A stretch of DNA of 64,000 nucleotides from Anolis carolinensis (taxonomy: Eukaryota), in assembly GCF_035594765.1 (NCBI RefSeq), contig NW_026943820.1, positions 30,078,647 through 30,142,646 on the forward strand, given 5' to 3'. This document shows positions 36,444 through 51,192 of this stretch, in pieces. A program made the position numbers and the translations under genes. The notes under the pieces were generated by a model, which did not search any database, was not told the origin of the DNA, and worked only from the letters and a program-made list of their open reading frames with translations. Position 1 is the first letter of the stretch. Every line of letters starts with the position of its first letter.

Positions 36444-36805
36444 TATCCCACTTTGTGCCCAATATAGGACCCAAGGCAGCTAGCAGCTCACATGACACAA
36501 TGCAATTAAAATAGAGCAAATGCATTAATATATCTATTATTATTATCATCATCATATTCATCATCCTGCTTTTTTCTCTCTAAAAGAAGTCTAGCTATCT
36601 ATCCATCTATAAATAAACAAACTTTATTATTATCCCACTTTTCGCCCAATATAGGACCCGAGGCAGCTAGCAGCACACATGACACAATGTAATTAAAATA
36701 GAGCAAATACATTAATATATCTATTATTATTATTATCATCATCATATTCATCATCCTGCTTTTTTCTCTCTAAAAGAAGTCTATCTATCCATCTATAAAT
36801 AAACA
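36444..36805. repeat. Direct tandem duplication, ~187-bp period
   Basis: TATCCCACTTT...CCATCTATAAATAAACA at about 36444-36618 and 36631-36805. Confidence 0.85.
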
Positions 36806-37068
36806 CACACACACAATGGAACATAAAAACATTAAAATACATATAAAACTACACTTTTAGATTGCCTTTTTAATTTAACTGTGCTTTTATAGCTGGTCTT
36901 GTCTGGCTTTTACTATTAATCTTATGTATTATTTACTATCTCTGTGAGCTGCCTTGGATTCCAAAGGCAATACAGAATTCCAATAATAAGGCACATAGCT
37001 ATGTCATATCAACAAATGGCAAACTACCAAAAAAAGCCCCACCCCACATACAAATAATACGAACGTTA

Positions 37069-37215
<147 letters not shown>

Positions 37216-37656
37216 TCAGGGAAACAGCCAAGGCTCAGAAGAAATGTATAGGATTATATATGCCATCACGCCATAGAGATGAACATCCCAGTCTCATACC
37301 TGCAACCAAATCAGCACAGCCATAATGTAAGGCTGAGTGTTCTGCATCTCTGCTAGAACACAGAATTAAAATCTGGCACGAGAACTAGCACATGGAAGAA
37401 CTAAAGCCGTGCCTATCAATACAGGGGGAACTGAAAACCGTGCATTCAATCCCCTTCTCTTTGCTCCTCTAAGCAGCCTTGAGGTGAACTCATTTGTCCC
37501 CCAAGACAAGCTGCAGGCTGCTGAGACTCCAGGCACCGGGAAATCTCACACCATCTTCTCTGCTTATCACAGTCTGTTGAGCCAAACTCTACAAAGTATA
37601 GAGAGTATATATTCTTGCTCCCCAGCTTCACCAACCTGCTCAAGCGGAAAACATTA

Positions 37657-37833
<177 letters not shown>

Positions 37834-38500
37834 TCAGCTAGGTATATCTATACTGTTTACAAATTTGTACTGCACTTTATCATTGTCCCTCACTCTATAT
37901 GTTTTGGTGTTTTAATGCGACCGTTCCCTCATTCTTCCCCTGCTCATCCTTATTCTATTCATGGACTTTACCCAGAGTTTTTGTACCCTCTGTATATGTA
38001 GCAATTGATGTTCAGGTTTTAAAGTAATTGATGTGTTATGTTGTTTTATATTTATATTGCTATATTGTTTTTAAATTACTGATTGTATTTAAACCTATGT
38101 TGTTGCTGGGCTCATCCCCATGTAAGCCGCCCCGAGATAGAGGCGGGTACAAAAATAAAGTTATTATTAAAAGTTATTATTATATATATCTCAGGGGTGT
38201 CAAACTCATTTCACTATCTACCATGATTTTTGTTCCTGGGTTATCCATGTCATTTCCTAATTGGTTCTATCTTAAAAACATGGGGAAAGTTTATTAACCT
38301 GCCAAAACTTTGTTTTTGTGAGACATCCTGCAGCACATTTTGCTCTAGTTTTCCAAGGAATATTTATTTCATCATAGAGTCTCAACCAATTCAACCTAAT
38401 TTGTGGCAGTCACAAAAAATATTTTTCTCAAGTAAAACAAGTAAAACAACTACTTTCAAAATAAGGGCTGCGCAATTAAACAGGGCTGAGCAATTAAAAC

Positions 38501-40257
38501 ATAGAATCATAGAATCATAGAATAGTAGAGTTGGAAGAGACCACATGGGCCATCCAGTCCAACCCCCTGCCAAGAAGCAGGAAATCGCATTCAAAGCACC
38601 CCCGACAGATGGCCATCCAGCCTCTGCTTAAAAGCCTCCAAGGAAGGAGCCTCCACCACGGCCCCGGGGAGAGAGTTCCACTGTCGAACAGCCCTTCTCA
38701 CAGTGAGGAAGTTCTTCCTGATGTTCAGGTGGAATCTCCTTTCCTGTAGTTTGAAGCCATTGTTCCGTGTCCTAGTCTGCAGGGCAGCAGAAAACAAGCT
38801 TGCTCCCTCCTCCCTATGACTTCCCTTCACATATTTGTACATGGCTATCATGTCTCCTCTCAGCCTTCTCTTCTGCAGGCTAAACATGCCCAGCTCTTTA
38901 AGCCGCTCCTCATAGGGCTTGTTCTCCAGACCCTTAATCATTTTAGTCGCCCTCCTATGGACGCTTTCCAGCTTGTCAACATCTCCCTTCAACTGTGGTG
39001 CCCAAAATTGGACACAGTGTGATTCCAGGTGTGGTCTGACCAAGGCAGAATAGAAAGAGGGGGAGCAGGACTTCCCTGGATCTAGACGCTATTCCCCTAT
39101 TGATGCAGGACAGAATCCCATTGGCTTTTTTAGCAGCCGCATCACATTGTTGGCTCATGTTTAACTTGTTGTCCACGAGGACTCCAAGGTCTTTTTCGCA
39201 CACACTGCTGTCAAGCCAGGCATCGTCCCCCATTCTGTATCTTTGATTTCCATTTTTTCTGCCGAAGTGAAGTATCTTGCATTTGTCCCTGTTGAACTTC
39301 ATTTTGTTAGTTTCAGCTCTAGTCTCTAGTCTGTCAAGATTGTTTTGAATTCTGCTCCTGTCTTCTGGAGTGTTAGCTATCCCTCCCAGTTTTGTGTCGT
39401 CTGCAAACTTGATGATCGTGCCTTCTAACCCTTCGTCTAAGTCGTTAATAAAGATGTTGAACAGAACCGGGCCCAGGACGGAGCCCTGCGGCACTCCACT
39501 TGTCACTTCTTTCCATGATGAAGACGACGCATTGGTGAGCACCCTTTGGGTTCGTTCGCTTAGCCAATTACAGATCCACCTAACCGTAGTTTTGTCTAGC
39601 CCACATTTTACTAGTTTGTTTGCCAGAAGGTCGTGGGGGACTTTGTCGAAGGCCTTACTGAAATCCAGGTAGGCTACATCCACAGCATTCCCTGTATCGA
39701 CCCAACTCGTAACTCTATCGAAAAAAGAGATCAGATTAGTCTGGCATGACTTGTTTTTGGTAAATCCGTGTTGACTATTAGCAATGACCGCATTTGTTTC
39801 TAAGTGTTCGCAGACCACTTCCTTAATGATCTTTTCCAGAATTTTGCCTGGTATTGATGTGAGGCTGACCGGACGGTAATTGTTTGGGTCGTTCTTTTTT
39901 CCCTTCTTGAAGATAGGGACCACATTTGCCCTCCTCCAATCTGCTGGGACTTCTCCCGTTCTCCAAGAACTCTCGAAGATAATTGCCAGTGGTTCTGAAA
40001 TAACTTCTGCTAGTTCCTTCAGTACTCTTGGGTGTAGCTGATCTGGCCCTGGGGACTTGAATTCGTTTAGAGAGGCCAAGTGTTCCTGGACAACTTGTTT
40101 CCCTATTTGGGGTTGGATTTCCCCCAATCCTTCGTCCATTCCGTGTTGCTGAGGTTGAAGATGGCTTTCTTTTTCTGAGAAGACCGAGGCAAAGAAGGCA
40201 TTAAGTAGTTCTGCCTTTTCCCTGTCCCCTGTCGCCATCACCCCATCTTCTCCTTGC
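38501..40257 (-). mobile_element. CR1 LINE, 5'-truncated, with reverse transcriptase domain and a single frameshift
   Basis: ORFs 38976-40313 and 38591-39043 contain YRPVSLTS, YLDFSKAFD, QGSVLGPVLF and FADD; octamer tail (GATTCTAT)n at 38501-38523; candidate TSD AAAACA. Confidence 0.95.
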
Positions 40258-41073
40258 AAAACACTTTCAAACAGGAACTGTTCCCCCCCCCCCCCAGTGT
40301 TATGGAGGGCCACATCTGCCTTATGGTTACCCTCAAAAGGCTGCTGAATGCATTGACAGAGAATCAGTGGATACAGAAGCCAACTATATTTTTTGACATA
40401 GTATTTGGTGCATTTTAGTTTTTACCACATTTGGGTCCCCAGATGTTATTGAATGACAACTCCTAACCTTGTTGATTATCCACCATGCTCACTGGGGATA
40501 ATGGGCATGGCAACCCAACAGCCCTTGTGGCTCTGGGGTTGGGGAAATGTTGAAGGGAAATTTAAAGTCAGACACCCTATTCGCAAGACTTGTATCTATC
40601 TATTTGTATCTACATTCAAACTACATTCTCCTGACTGAAAAGAACAGAATGCAGCCTGCCAAATGTTCCTGCATCCCAACTCCCATCCGCTCTAGTCATG
40701 ATGTCGAATGATGAGGAACGCAGGAGTTGTAGCCCAGCATTTGTGGGGCCGCACGAAATGGTATGGCTGTGGATCTTGGAATAGAACTTCTATTTGCAAT
40801 GCTATTTGGGACTAGCAGCATTTGCTGGGCCAATAAAACGGAGGAGGAGAGGGATTGCAGCACAAAGCAGCGAAACAAAGGCCAAGGCACAGGGTAGCCC
40901 TGGGTCTGGGGTGACTAATGTTTTCCCAAGGCAAGCACATGAGTTTCTTCCTGCTGCCATCGCAAGACGTTTATGCCTTTCTTGCAACCCAACAAATACA
41001 TATTTGATGGTGTTTTCCAGTGCTGCAAAACAGTGTGAATTTTTAAATTTCCCTCAAAGGCATTGTGTACTCA

Positions 41074-41211
<138 letters not shown>

Positions 41212-41343
41212 TTACCGCTCTGACGAAAACACAACACACACCCTCCCACGTGCCTACTGCCAAAAGAACCCTCATAACCCAAGCATGAATGCTTTGGAAT
41301 CCATGCTTTAAGAGGGAATGGAAGAGACGGCAGGGAGTCTCTA

Positions 41344-41574
<231 letters not shown>

Positions 41575-42156
41575 TTAATTTTCTTGAATCGTGAAAGAAC
41601 GAGCAGAAATCAACAACAGAGAATAGGAATCACACTGTCCTGAAAATGTAAGCTCACAGTTGGGAGGGTGGGGGTTACGCCTGGGTTTGTGTCGGCCAAA
41701 TGACCAGGAGTAAGTACGGTTGCACTCAAAGCGGCTTAGAGTAAAACCAACACAATACGATTTTAAAAACCCAAACATACCAACATTAAAACAGAATTAG
41801 ATATTAACAATATTCACAATAAACAGTTAAACCCCTTAAAACTAATTAAAAGCCAATTCATAGCTAAAACCACAGCATCCCCTGACTTGATATTTCAAAA
41901 CTTCTTCTTTAAAAGGAACTTTTGCAATGACCCTGCGTTAAATCTTCCTAGGCAGGCAAGCCGAAAATTCTGAGTAGAGAGGAGCTCCAACTCTAGAGGA
42001 ACTTTCCAATTACAATAAGAAGATAACAATGTATTATTATTATTATTATTATCGACACAACGACATTGTATGACACAGCAAACAAGATAGATATGCTGGA
42101 TTTTGTATCACAAAATCACAAGTCGAACACTTCCCAAGTGTCTATGACTGTGTGAT

Positions 42157-42200
<44 letters not shown>

Positions 42201-42534
42201 GTTGTTATTGCTACTACTATTATATACGGCACAAAAAAGCTCTCCCGCTTCACCAGTTCTATTTCCAGACAAAAAGGCCAAGTCAGATGCTCTCCTTTCT
42301 GTCCTTAATTCTGCTTTAGACACCATTTATGCAAACAGCCAGAAGAATTTTGAGACATAGCGGAGACAGGAATTTTTCTAATCTCTTAATCATGCTTAAG
42401 GCTTTCATGGTCTGTCTGTATGGTTAAGAGATTAGGAACATATGCTGTCTCCCTCCCCGAAAATTTTTTAACTTCAACTACACAGATGTATCAATGCCAC
42501 TGATAATTGGCTTCAACCAGAAGCTGCAAATTCA

Positions 42535-42804
<270 letters not shown>

Positions 42805-43914
42805 CTAGCAAACAAAACGGGCAGCAAGCGGGAAGCGGTTCAGTCTACGGGGAAGTTCTCAGGGCCGCTGTGAAATGGCTGGCTGGAAGATCCAACCCCT
42901 GAGACTCTTTGTGGAACATGACGCGGGGCTTCCTGAATTCTACTGAATTGCAAATTCATAATAATAAAAATAAATAATAAAACTTTATTTATACCCCGCC
43001 ACCATCTCCCCGCGGGGACTCGGGGCGGCTTACATGGGGCAGAGGCCCAGACAACGTAAGGACAAAATGTAAGCAACATGATACAAATCACAATATAAAA
43101 AGATAAAACAGTAATACAATATATCAATTAAAACAACAATACAGGATAAAAATTGCATTTGAAACACATAAATGGTATGTGTTCATCCGTGTTTCATCGC
43201 ATAATAGTCGCACCTCAATTGGGGGAAAAGGGGGTGTGGCCCAAAATTGGTATTTTAGGATTTCTCTCATAATATTCACAGAGCCGTTTGGGGCTGATTC
43301 TTCCTTCCTTCTCTGATGGCAAGGAAAGTTTTTTTGTTTTTTAAACAGAAATGGAGGTCTCTGAGCTCTGCCCTTCCTTCCTTCTTTCCAAGAGCTCAAT
43401 TTCAGGCTTTGTAAACTGCCTTGCCTTCCAAGAAAGGAGGAGGGAAAGAAGGAAGGAAGGAAGGAAGGAAGGAAGGAAGGAAGGAAGGAAGGAAGGAAGG
43501 AAGGAAGGGGGAATCTTCCCTCCCCCTTCGCTGAGCAAGGCAGTTAAAAACAAACAAACCAACAACAACAAACAGAAAGGAAGCTGTTTGTTGGGGGCTG
43601 GATCATCCTCCCTTTCAGGGGAAAGGCAGTTAGAAAACAGACACAGAAAGTATAGAATCAAACTCAGATGCTATTTCACTGCATAATAGTCACACCCCTT
43701 TTCCAATCAAAAGTGGGAATTGTGTTGTTGATTAGCACTGAACAGCCCTGCAGTTTCAAAGCCTGGTTGCTTTCAATCTCTTTTCCTGTCCACCAACCTT
43801 CTGTTTCCCCGTTCTTGAGTTGAGAGAATAGCAACTGCTTTGGGAGACTGATCTTTGGACATTCGGACAACGTGGCCTTCCGTTCAGCGGGGCTGAGGGC
43901 ATAAGAGCATCACT

Positions 43915-44430
43915 TTAGTGCTGGTGGTCTTTGCTTCTTCTTGCAGCACACTGGCATTTGTCCACCGGTCTTCCCAAGAGATTCGCAAGATTTTTCAGAG
44001 GCAGCGCTGGTGGAAGTTGAGTGTGACGTCTGTAGATGGTCCATGTTTTGCAGGCGTAGAGCAGGGTTGGGAGGACAATGGCTTTATAAACAAGCACCTT
44101 GGTATCTCTACCGATGTCCCGATCCTCAAACACTCTCTGCTTCATTCGGAAGAATGCTGCACTCACAGAGCTCAGGCGGTGTTGCATTTCAATGTTGACT
44201 TTTGTGCAGAAGTAACTGCCAAGGGAGCAGATATGGTCAACATTTTCTAACGTTACGCCATTAAGCTGTATTCCTGGCCTTGCAGAGGGATTGGCTGGCG
44301 CCTTTTGCTGGAAGAGCACTTTGGTTTTCTCTATGTTCAATGAGAGTCTGAGCATCTCGTATTCTTCTGCAAAGGTGTTTAGAGTGGTTTGTAGGTTTTC
44401 TTCTGAATGCGCACAGACTACGTTATCATT
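43915..44430 (-). mobile_element. RTE-clade (Bov-B/RTE-1-like) LINE fragment
   Basis: Encodes VCAHSEENLQ...LSLNIEKTKVL...TKVLVYKAIVLPTLLYAC, the post-YADD RT region. A related small fragment with ELQYADD lies at about 50249-50308. Confidence 0.85.
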
Positions 44431-44603
44431 ACGCATTGTGGGTGTATTTTTCTGGCAATGGTGTAAGGTTTATATTTGGTCAGAGTCGCGTGAATGCAAT
44501 CCACTGGACAATGGAGTTGCATTGTCTTGGAAGATATGTAAATACTCATCAGGGCCCATTTGATCCTCTGGGATTGTACAAATAAGAAGGGTACTTGCAG
44601 ATA

Positions 44604-44926
44604 CAGTAGAGTCTCACTTATCCAAGCCTCGCTTATCCAAGCTTCTGGATAATCCAAGCCATTTTTGTAGTCAATGTTTTCAATATATCGTGATATTTTG
44701 GTGCTAAATTTGTAAATACAGTAATTACAACATAACATTTCTACGAATTGAACTACTTTTTCTGTCAAATTTGTTGTATAACATGATGTTTGGGTGCTTA
44801 ATTTGTAAAATCATAACCTAATTTGATGTTTAATAGGCTTTTCCTTAATCCCTGCTTATTATCCAAGATATTCACTTATCCAAGCTTCTGCCGGGCTGTT
44901 TAGCTTGGATAAGTGAGACTCTACTG
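44604..44926. mobile_element. Tc1/mariner-type MITE, complete
   Basis: TIR CAGTAGAGTCTCACTTATCCAAGC at both ends; TA TSD. Confidence 0.9.
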
Positions 44927-45460
44927 TATATAGTTGGTTATACATGCACAGCATTCAGCAGAAAGACTGGGCAGCTCATCCAGCACTTGACTAAATAAAT
45001 GTAGACTTACACCAGGCCAACCTAACACAGGCTCTTGGCTACAATCTACCATAGGAATGACATCTAGGTCAGTGCTACTCAAAGTGGTGTCCTCTGTGCT
45101 AGTACTGGACTCTGCTTCCAGTGAAGACAGAAACAGTTGCAGACAATGTGCTCAAATACGGCCCTTGGCCTCTGGCGCACAGGGAAAAAGACGGCCAGAT
45201 ACGGTGGGATGCACTGACCTAGATTTAACTCAGAGGCTCATTGTTTATTATTGTTCCTGTTTCACTTTTTATCATCATCACATTGAATAGCTTTGCAATG
45301 CAGAGCATGTTGTGTAATGTGCTGGAATGCGGCAGGACACTGACGACTAAACCTCCTGGCAACTCGGGAGATGCCGCCAGTGGTGTTCGCGCTGCAGAGC
45401 CCTCCCCTGCCAACGTCCCCAACCCAGACGACACAGCCTGACAGCCAGCAAGAGACCTCA

Positions 45461-45718
<258 letters not shown>

Positions 45719-45841
45719 TCATCCAGATTTCAAGACCAATATTATATCCCCCATGTGATAGCACCAATTGTTTTTTAAACTGTCTGCACAAAACACGGTG
45801 TTTTGAACCCTTTGATGCGTATGGAAAACAACGTGGTCTTA

Positions 45842-46117
<276 letters not shown>

Positions 46118-46265
46118 CTAAGAGTAAATCATGTGACACCCAAACATTCAGAGATCTTGCTCGTGGCACCTTGGCCATTATCTAACTTTGAAGCAGTGGA
46201 GAGACCTTTAGGAGTTTTCTCACGACATCCGTGTCTTTCATGAAGAACCCATCCTCAATTGAGGA

Positions 46266-47024
46266 TGAGCATGAAAAAATAGGAGTTGGGCACAGTATGT
46301 AGTGATACTTCTTAAAATATATGGGTTGTTGTGTGTTTTCCGGGCTGTCTGGCCATGTTTCAGAAGCATTATCTCCTGACATTTCGCCTACATCTATGGC
46401 AGGAATCAGAGGTTGTGGGGTATATTGGAAAAAACTAAGCAAGGAAGGTTTAGGTATCTGTGGAAGGTCCAGGATGGGAGAAGGAAGGAACTCTTTGAGA
46501 TTATTTTAAAACTTTTTTTACCTTGTCTTATGTATTTATATATAATTGTGCTTGAACTTATTTTGATTTTATACTGCCTGTTATTTTATTGTTTGTTTTA
46601 TATTTTAACTTGTATACACTTTGTCTTTTCTGGGCTTGGCCCGATGTTAGCCACCCGAGTCCCTTCGGGGAGATGGTGGCGGGATACAAAAATTATTATT
46701 ATAATTATATATTATTATTATTGTCTGTTGGAGGCCATTAATGCTAATCAAGGTGATTAATTAAAACATTCACACAGGCCTCCAAACAGACAAGAGTTCT
46801 TTCTTTCTCCCACCCTGGACTTTCCACAGATACATAAACCTTCCTTGCTTAGTTTTTTCCAATATACCTCACAAACTCTGAAGATGCCTGTCATAGATGT
46901 GGGAGAAACGTCAGGAGAGAATGCTTCTGGGACATGGCCAGACAGTCGAGAAAACACACAACAACACATATATTTTAAGAAATATCACTACATGCTGTGC
47001 CCAGCTCCTGGTTGTTCATGCTCA
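46266..47024. mobile_element. Inverted pair of Penelope-like ends with inverted flanks
   Basis: About 46266-46497 is the reverse complement of about 46794-47024; hammerhead-like cores at about 46373-46412 (-, decayed) and 46878-46915 (+). Confidence 0.8.
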
Positions 47025-47126
47025 GCTTCAGGAAGGTGAAATCCTCCCCCGCAATCCCCAGGAGACACCTTGGGACCCCCCCCCCCTTTCCCCTTCCAGT
47101 AAAGTATATTGCAAGTAAACACTTAC

Positions 47127-47193
47127 TTGTTTGTGCAAACTTTTCCAGGGCTATTAGTGCAAAAAGCATTACTGTTGGGTGGGACTGGAACTC
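47127..47193 (-). CDS. RSPRY1: RSPRY1 coding exon 6
   Basis: 67 nt EFQSHPTVMLFALIALEKFAQT. Confidence 0.96.
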
Positions 47194-48293
47194 CTAAGAC
47201 AAAGAAGAAAATTATGGGATATAGTATTCCCCTAGGGAGCCCCTGCACACAATATATTTTTATTGTTATTTTCCCACATGGAGAAAAAAGATGCTGTGCA
47301 GGACAAATCTGCGTTGTCAAAACAAAATATTTGTTTTTTGACACAGCAGGAACGATCTAAAGACCGAGTTTATTTCAGAGATCCAAGAAACAACGCAAAG
47401 TCCTGCACATGTGAGCTATTCTGGATTCAGGCATCTTGGCAACAAGAGTTAGAACCACCCACAAAATGCAGGGAGGAAGGGATGCATGATTGGCAGGAAG
47501 GAGCCAATACTGGACTGTGCTTCACATTGCTTTGCACGGAGGACCGGACTGTGACATCTGGACCAAGAAGCAGATAGGATGAAATGCTCTGGATATCCTG
47601 CAAGGAGATTCCTGCCCATCCATTAAGCACAATTTGGAAGTTAGTCAGAACAAGTACTTTTTAAAGTGGAACTCCGGCTATATATGTGTGTGTGTGTGTG
47701 TGTATACACATACATACAAATGTTGTATAGCATTGGGAAGGGCCAACACTCCTGTAGTTGTTTTGCTGCCTGTGCCCCTGTTCAGAAGATTTCACCTCCC
47801 TTTCAGGTTATATTTGGGTTGGCTTATACTCGAGTATATATGGTACCTCTAGGTGTTTCTAACACTGACAACAACAGAAACAAAATACAAAAGCAAGTCC
47901 TTTCACTCTAATTCAGGATACTAGAGTGAAGAGGAACGGAAGTGGGGTTTTCTGTTTTTTTTAAAAAAAGGATTCTAGAACTGAAAATAAGGACCCTTTG
48001 TTGCTGCTCTGGTAAGCGGACATGGAGGTTAAAGGGAAAGGTGCAGCTTGAAATCTGCCCACTTCAGTTTTAAACAATATAATCATGCTATAGTTTTGGT
48101 TCTATGAGAATATTCCTATTTTGTACATCACTTGAGGCATTTTGAAAAGGAGAATGAAAATGACAACTATAAACACATGGCACGGTGGAAATTCAGAGCA
48201 GCACTTTCGGGGTGCGCAGGTCCACTGGTACTTTAAAAAACCCACAACATTTAAGGGAGAACTTAGAGCAGTTATGTAACAATTGATACTCAC

Positions 48294-48352
48294 CAAGCTC
48301 TGCAGCAAGTATTCCAAGATTCCTTCACTGAGCAAACCTATACTTGCAGGAC
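48294..48352 (-). CDS. RSPRY1: RSPRY1 coding exon 5
   Basis: 59 nt (G)PASIGLLSEGILEYLLQSL. Confidence 0.95.
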
Positions 48353-48715
48353 CTGTAAAAACATTAGAAATGAAACACTCACTTGGAACTTCTTCAAAAG
48401 GTTGCTCCCATGCTATCTTACTTTGGAGTAATGACGGCAGAAAATTCTAGTAAGCACCAGAGCTTTTCATGGCCAATTGCCAACTTATTTTTTTACACCA
48501 GCCATGCAAATAACGTATTTGTAGATGTTGGGATGTGGAGAAACAGAGCTAAGGGTCCTCAAGACTCACTACTTGCTTTCAAGACTTATGTAGCATTGAT
48601 CCAGGACTTGGGATTATGTACTATGTGTATGATGGCTGAGGAAGTGCAATTATATTTACTGTGAGCAGAGGGCAGGCCAAAAGGGAAAGCTGGAGATAAA
48701 TCACCATACTATTCA

Positions 48716-48883
<168 letters not shown>

Positions 48884-49561
48884 CTAAATGGGGAAATTCG
48901 CATGTTGTTGAATGAAAAGGCACAGTTACGTTTTCTCTCCTACTCAATAAGTCGCTAGGAAAGCTCAAGAACCCATCCCTCCCATAGCTTAAAATTGTAA
49001 GCAATGAAAGCAGTGGTCTCCTCTGTTTTGTGATACTGTGGTTGTGGAATTTTCAGGAAGGCAAGAAATACTTCAAACCCCATACGAAGCCTGGAAGCCA
49101 CAGGCCTGAAATCAGCGTCACTTCCAACTGAATGGAGCTGCAGAAACAATGGCTGTTACAATAGTTCTGACTTATCAGGTTCCCATTGACTCAGTGGGAA
49201 ACAGGACTCCAATTTAATCTACCAAATGGTTTCATAAGACTGAGTTTCTCTATGCACATCCACATACGCAGGTGAACTTTGAGAACAGTGCCCTACAGAT
49301 GATGTAGCAATATAAAGGAAAAGATTTTTTAAAATGTTTTAAATTACATCAAAACAAGGGAAATGTTTGAAAATGGTCACTACTGCCCATCCTAGAAAAA
49401 ATAGGCCGACTACTGATTAATTTGGCATCCAGTTTGCAAGGGTAACTTTTGCCCAGTATATTTCTGACAGCAGAACAGTAAATGGCTTCATAATTATTCA
49501 GGCATGTGGTCCATTTAATCCCCTATTTATTATGCACTCTAGCTGGTAGCCAGGATTTTTT

Positions 49562-49645
49562 CCTAGGCTTGGTATTTCTTGGTGGTCTCCCATCCAAACA
49601 CTAACCAAGACCAACCCCATTTAGCTTCCAAAGTCAGAGAAAGTG
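49562..49645 (-). pseudogene. 5S rRNA-derived fragment (5S pseudogene or 5S-head SINE)
   Basis: Minus strand TCTGACTTTGGAAGCTAAATGGGGTTGGTCTTGGTTAGTGTTTGGATGGGAGACCACC resembles the 5S internal control region; degraded and partial. Confidence 0.65.
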
Positions 49646-49899
49646 GATGTCTTGTCGTAGGCTTTCATGGCCGGAATCGCTGGGTTGCTGTGAGCTTTCC
49701 TGGCTGTATGGAGGCAAAACACCAGGAGAGAATGCTTCTGGAACACGGCCGTACAACCCAGAAAACTCACAGCAACCAAAAACTGGACCAACATTAAGTG
49801 GCCGAATGTAAATCTGACATCAATCTATTAAAGTAACAGAGATCGATTTAGTCCCTTTGAAGCCTGCATTGATTAAAAACAGGGCAAGAAGGAGCCCTA

Positions 49900-50118
<219 letters not shown>

Positions 50119-50541
50119 TCATCCCAAAAAGAATCAGTTTTCATTTCAGCAAAACCTTGACAACTGATTTACAGGACGCATCTCAAACCTCCCTTTAAAG
50201 AGTTAACAATCACATACTGTACCAACAGCATCTCAACAGCAGAACAAATGTAGGTCTTCTTCTGAATGCGCACAGACTATGTTATCATCGGCATATTGAA
50301 GTTCTAATGATCACATGCGCCTTCTCTACATCAGACTAACAATTGTGTTTAGGCTTAAGCAACTGATAATTTGCTGCAGTTTCAAAAGCTCCAAACCTAA
50401 GCCTAAGGCAATCATGTCTTGGTAGGGCCAATCTTAACCAGAGCAGAAGAGTTCTGCTGTCTGAAACATTGCCAAGTTTAAAAGAGATAGCAGCACTCCT
50501 TCCTTCTCCTATTAAGCTCTCCAGACATTATTTGACTATTT

Positions 50542-50591
<50 letters not shown>

Positions 50592-51139
50592 CTTCATTCT
50601 TGTATCCCGCTACCATCTCCCCGAAGGGACTTGGGGCAGCTTACACACGGCACAAAAGTGCCTAAAAACAGAGCATAAAACAAAACACAATATAAACAAA
50701 ATGCAATTAAATAAAACAAATAGACATATAAAACAACAAAACTCGACTAGAATGGCACTCTTCTGATGGTAAGCTACTGTAAACATGGCCATTTCCCCCT
50801 CAAACTGGAAGCCGACGTCATAGTTCTTTCTTTACCGATCTGAGCAACCATATTTGCGAGCGAGCTCCAAAAGCTTGTTAGCTTGAGCCTTGTGGCAGCT
50901 GGCAGGATGATTTTGCAACAACATACCTCATAAATTTAGCCAGATTAGACAGGTACACATATTAAGCTAATTACCGCTTTACTGAGCTTATTGTCAAGTT
51001 GTGATACTACTTAGATAATCAGTATAAATTGCCCCAACTCTCAGAAACAAACATCCAGCGCAACTTTAAGCTTTTTTCCAGAGCTAAATGGTTTTCCAGT
51101 CAAGCACAACCAGAATATTGCGTAAGAACACTGAGGTAC

Positions 51140-51192
51140 CTGTTTCAGCCATTTCATGCAAAGTCATCATGGAATAAGGAGGTTCCTGATCA
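51140..51192 (-). CDS. RSPRY1: RSPRY1 coding exon 2
   Basis: 53 nt (N)DQEPPYSMMTLHEMAET; AG/GT boundaries. Confidence 0.95.

Noticed and set aside
38976-40313. 445-aa reverse transcriptase as a host gene or novel RT system
   Set aside because: Ordinary 5'-truncated CR1 ORF2; the first ~19 codons come from flanking DNA and the C-terminus is frameshifted.
43449-43506. (GGAA)n tract as an ETS enhancer
   Set aside because: Common microsatellite; no supporting evidence.
49562-49645. Functional 5S rRNA gene
   Set aside because: Partial and heavily substituted; 5' part missing.
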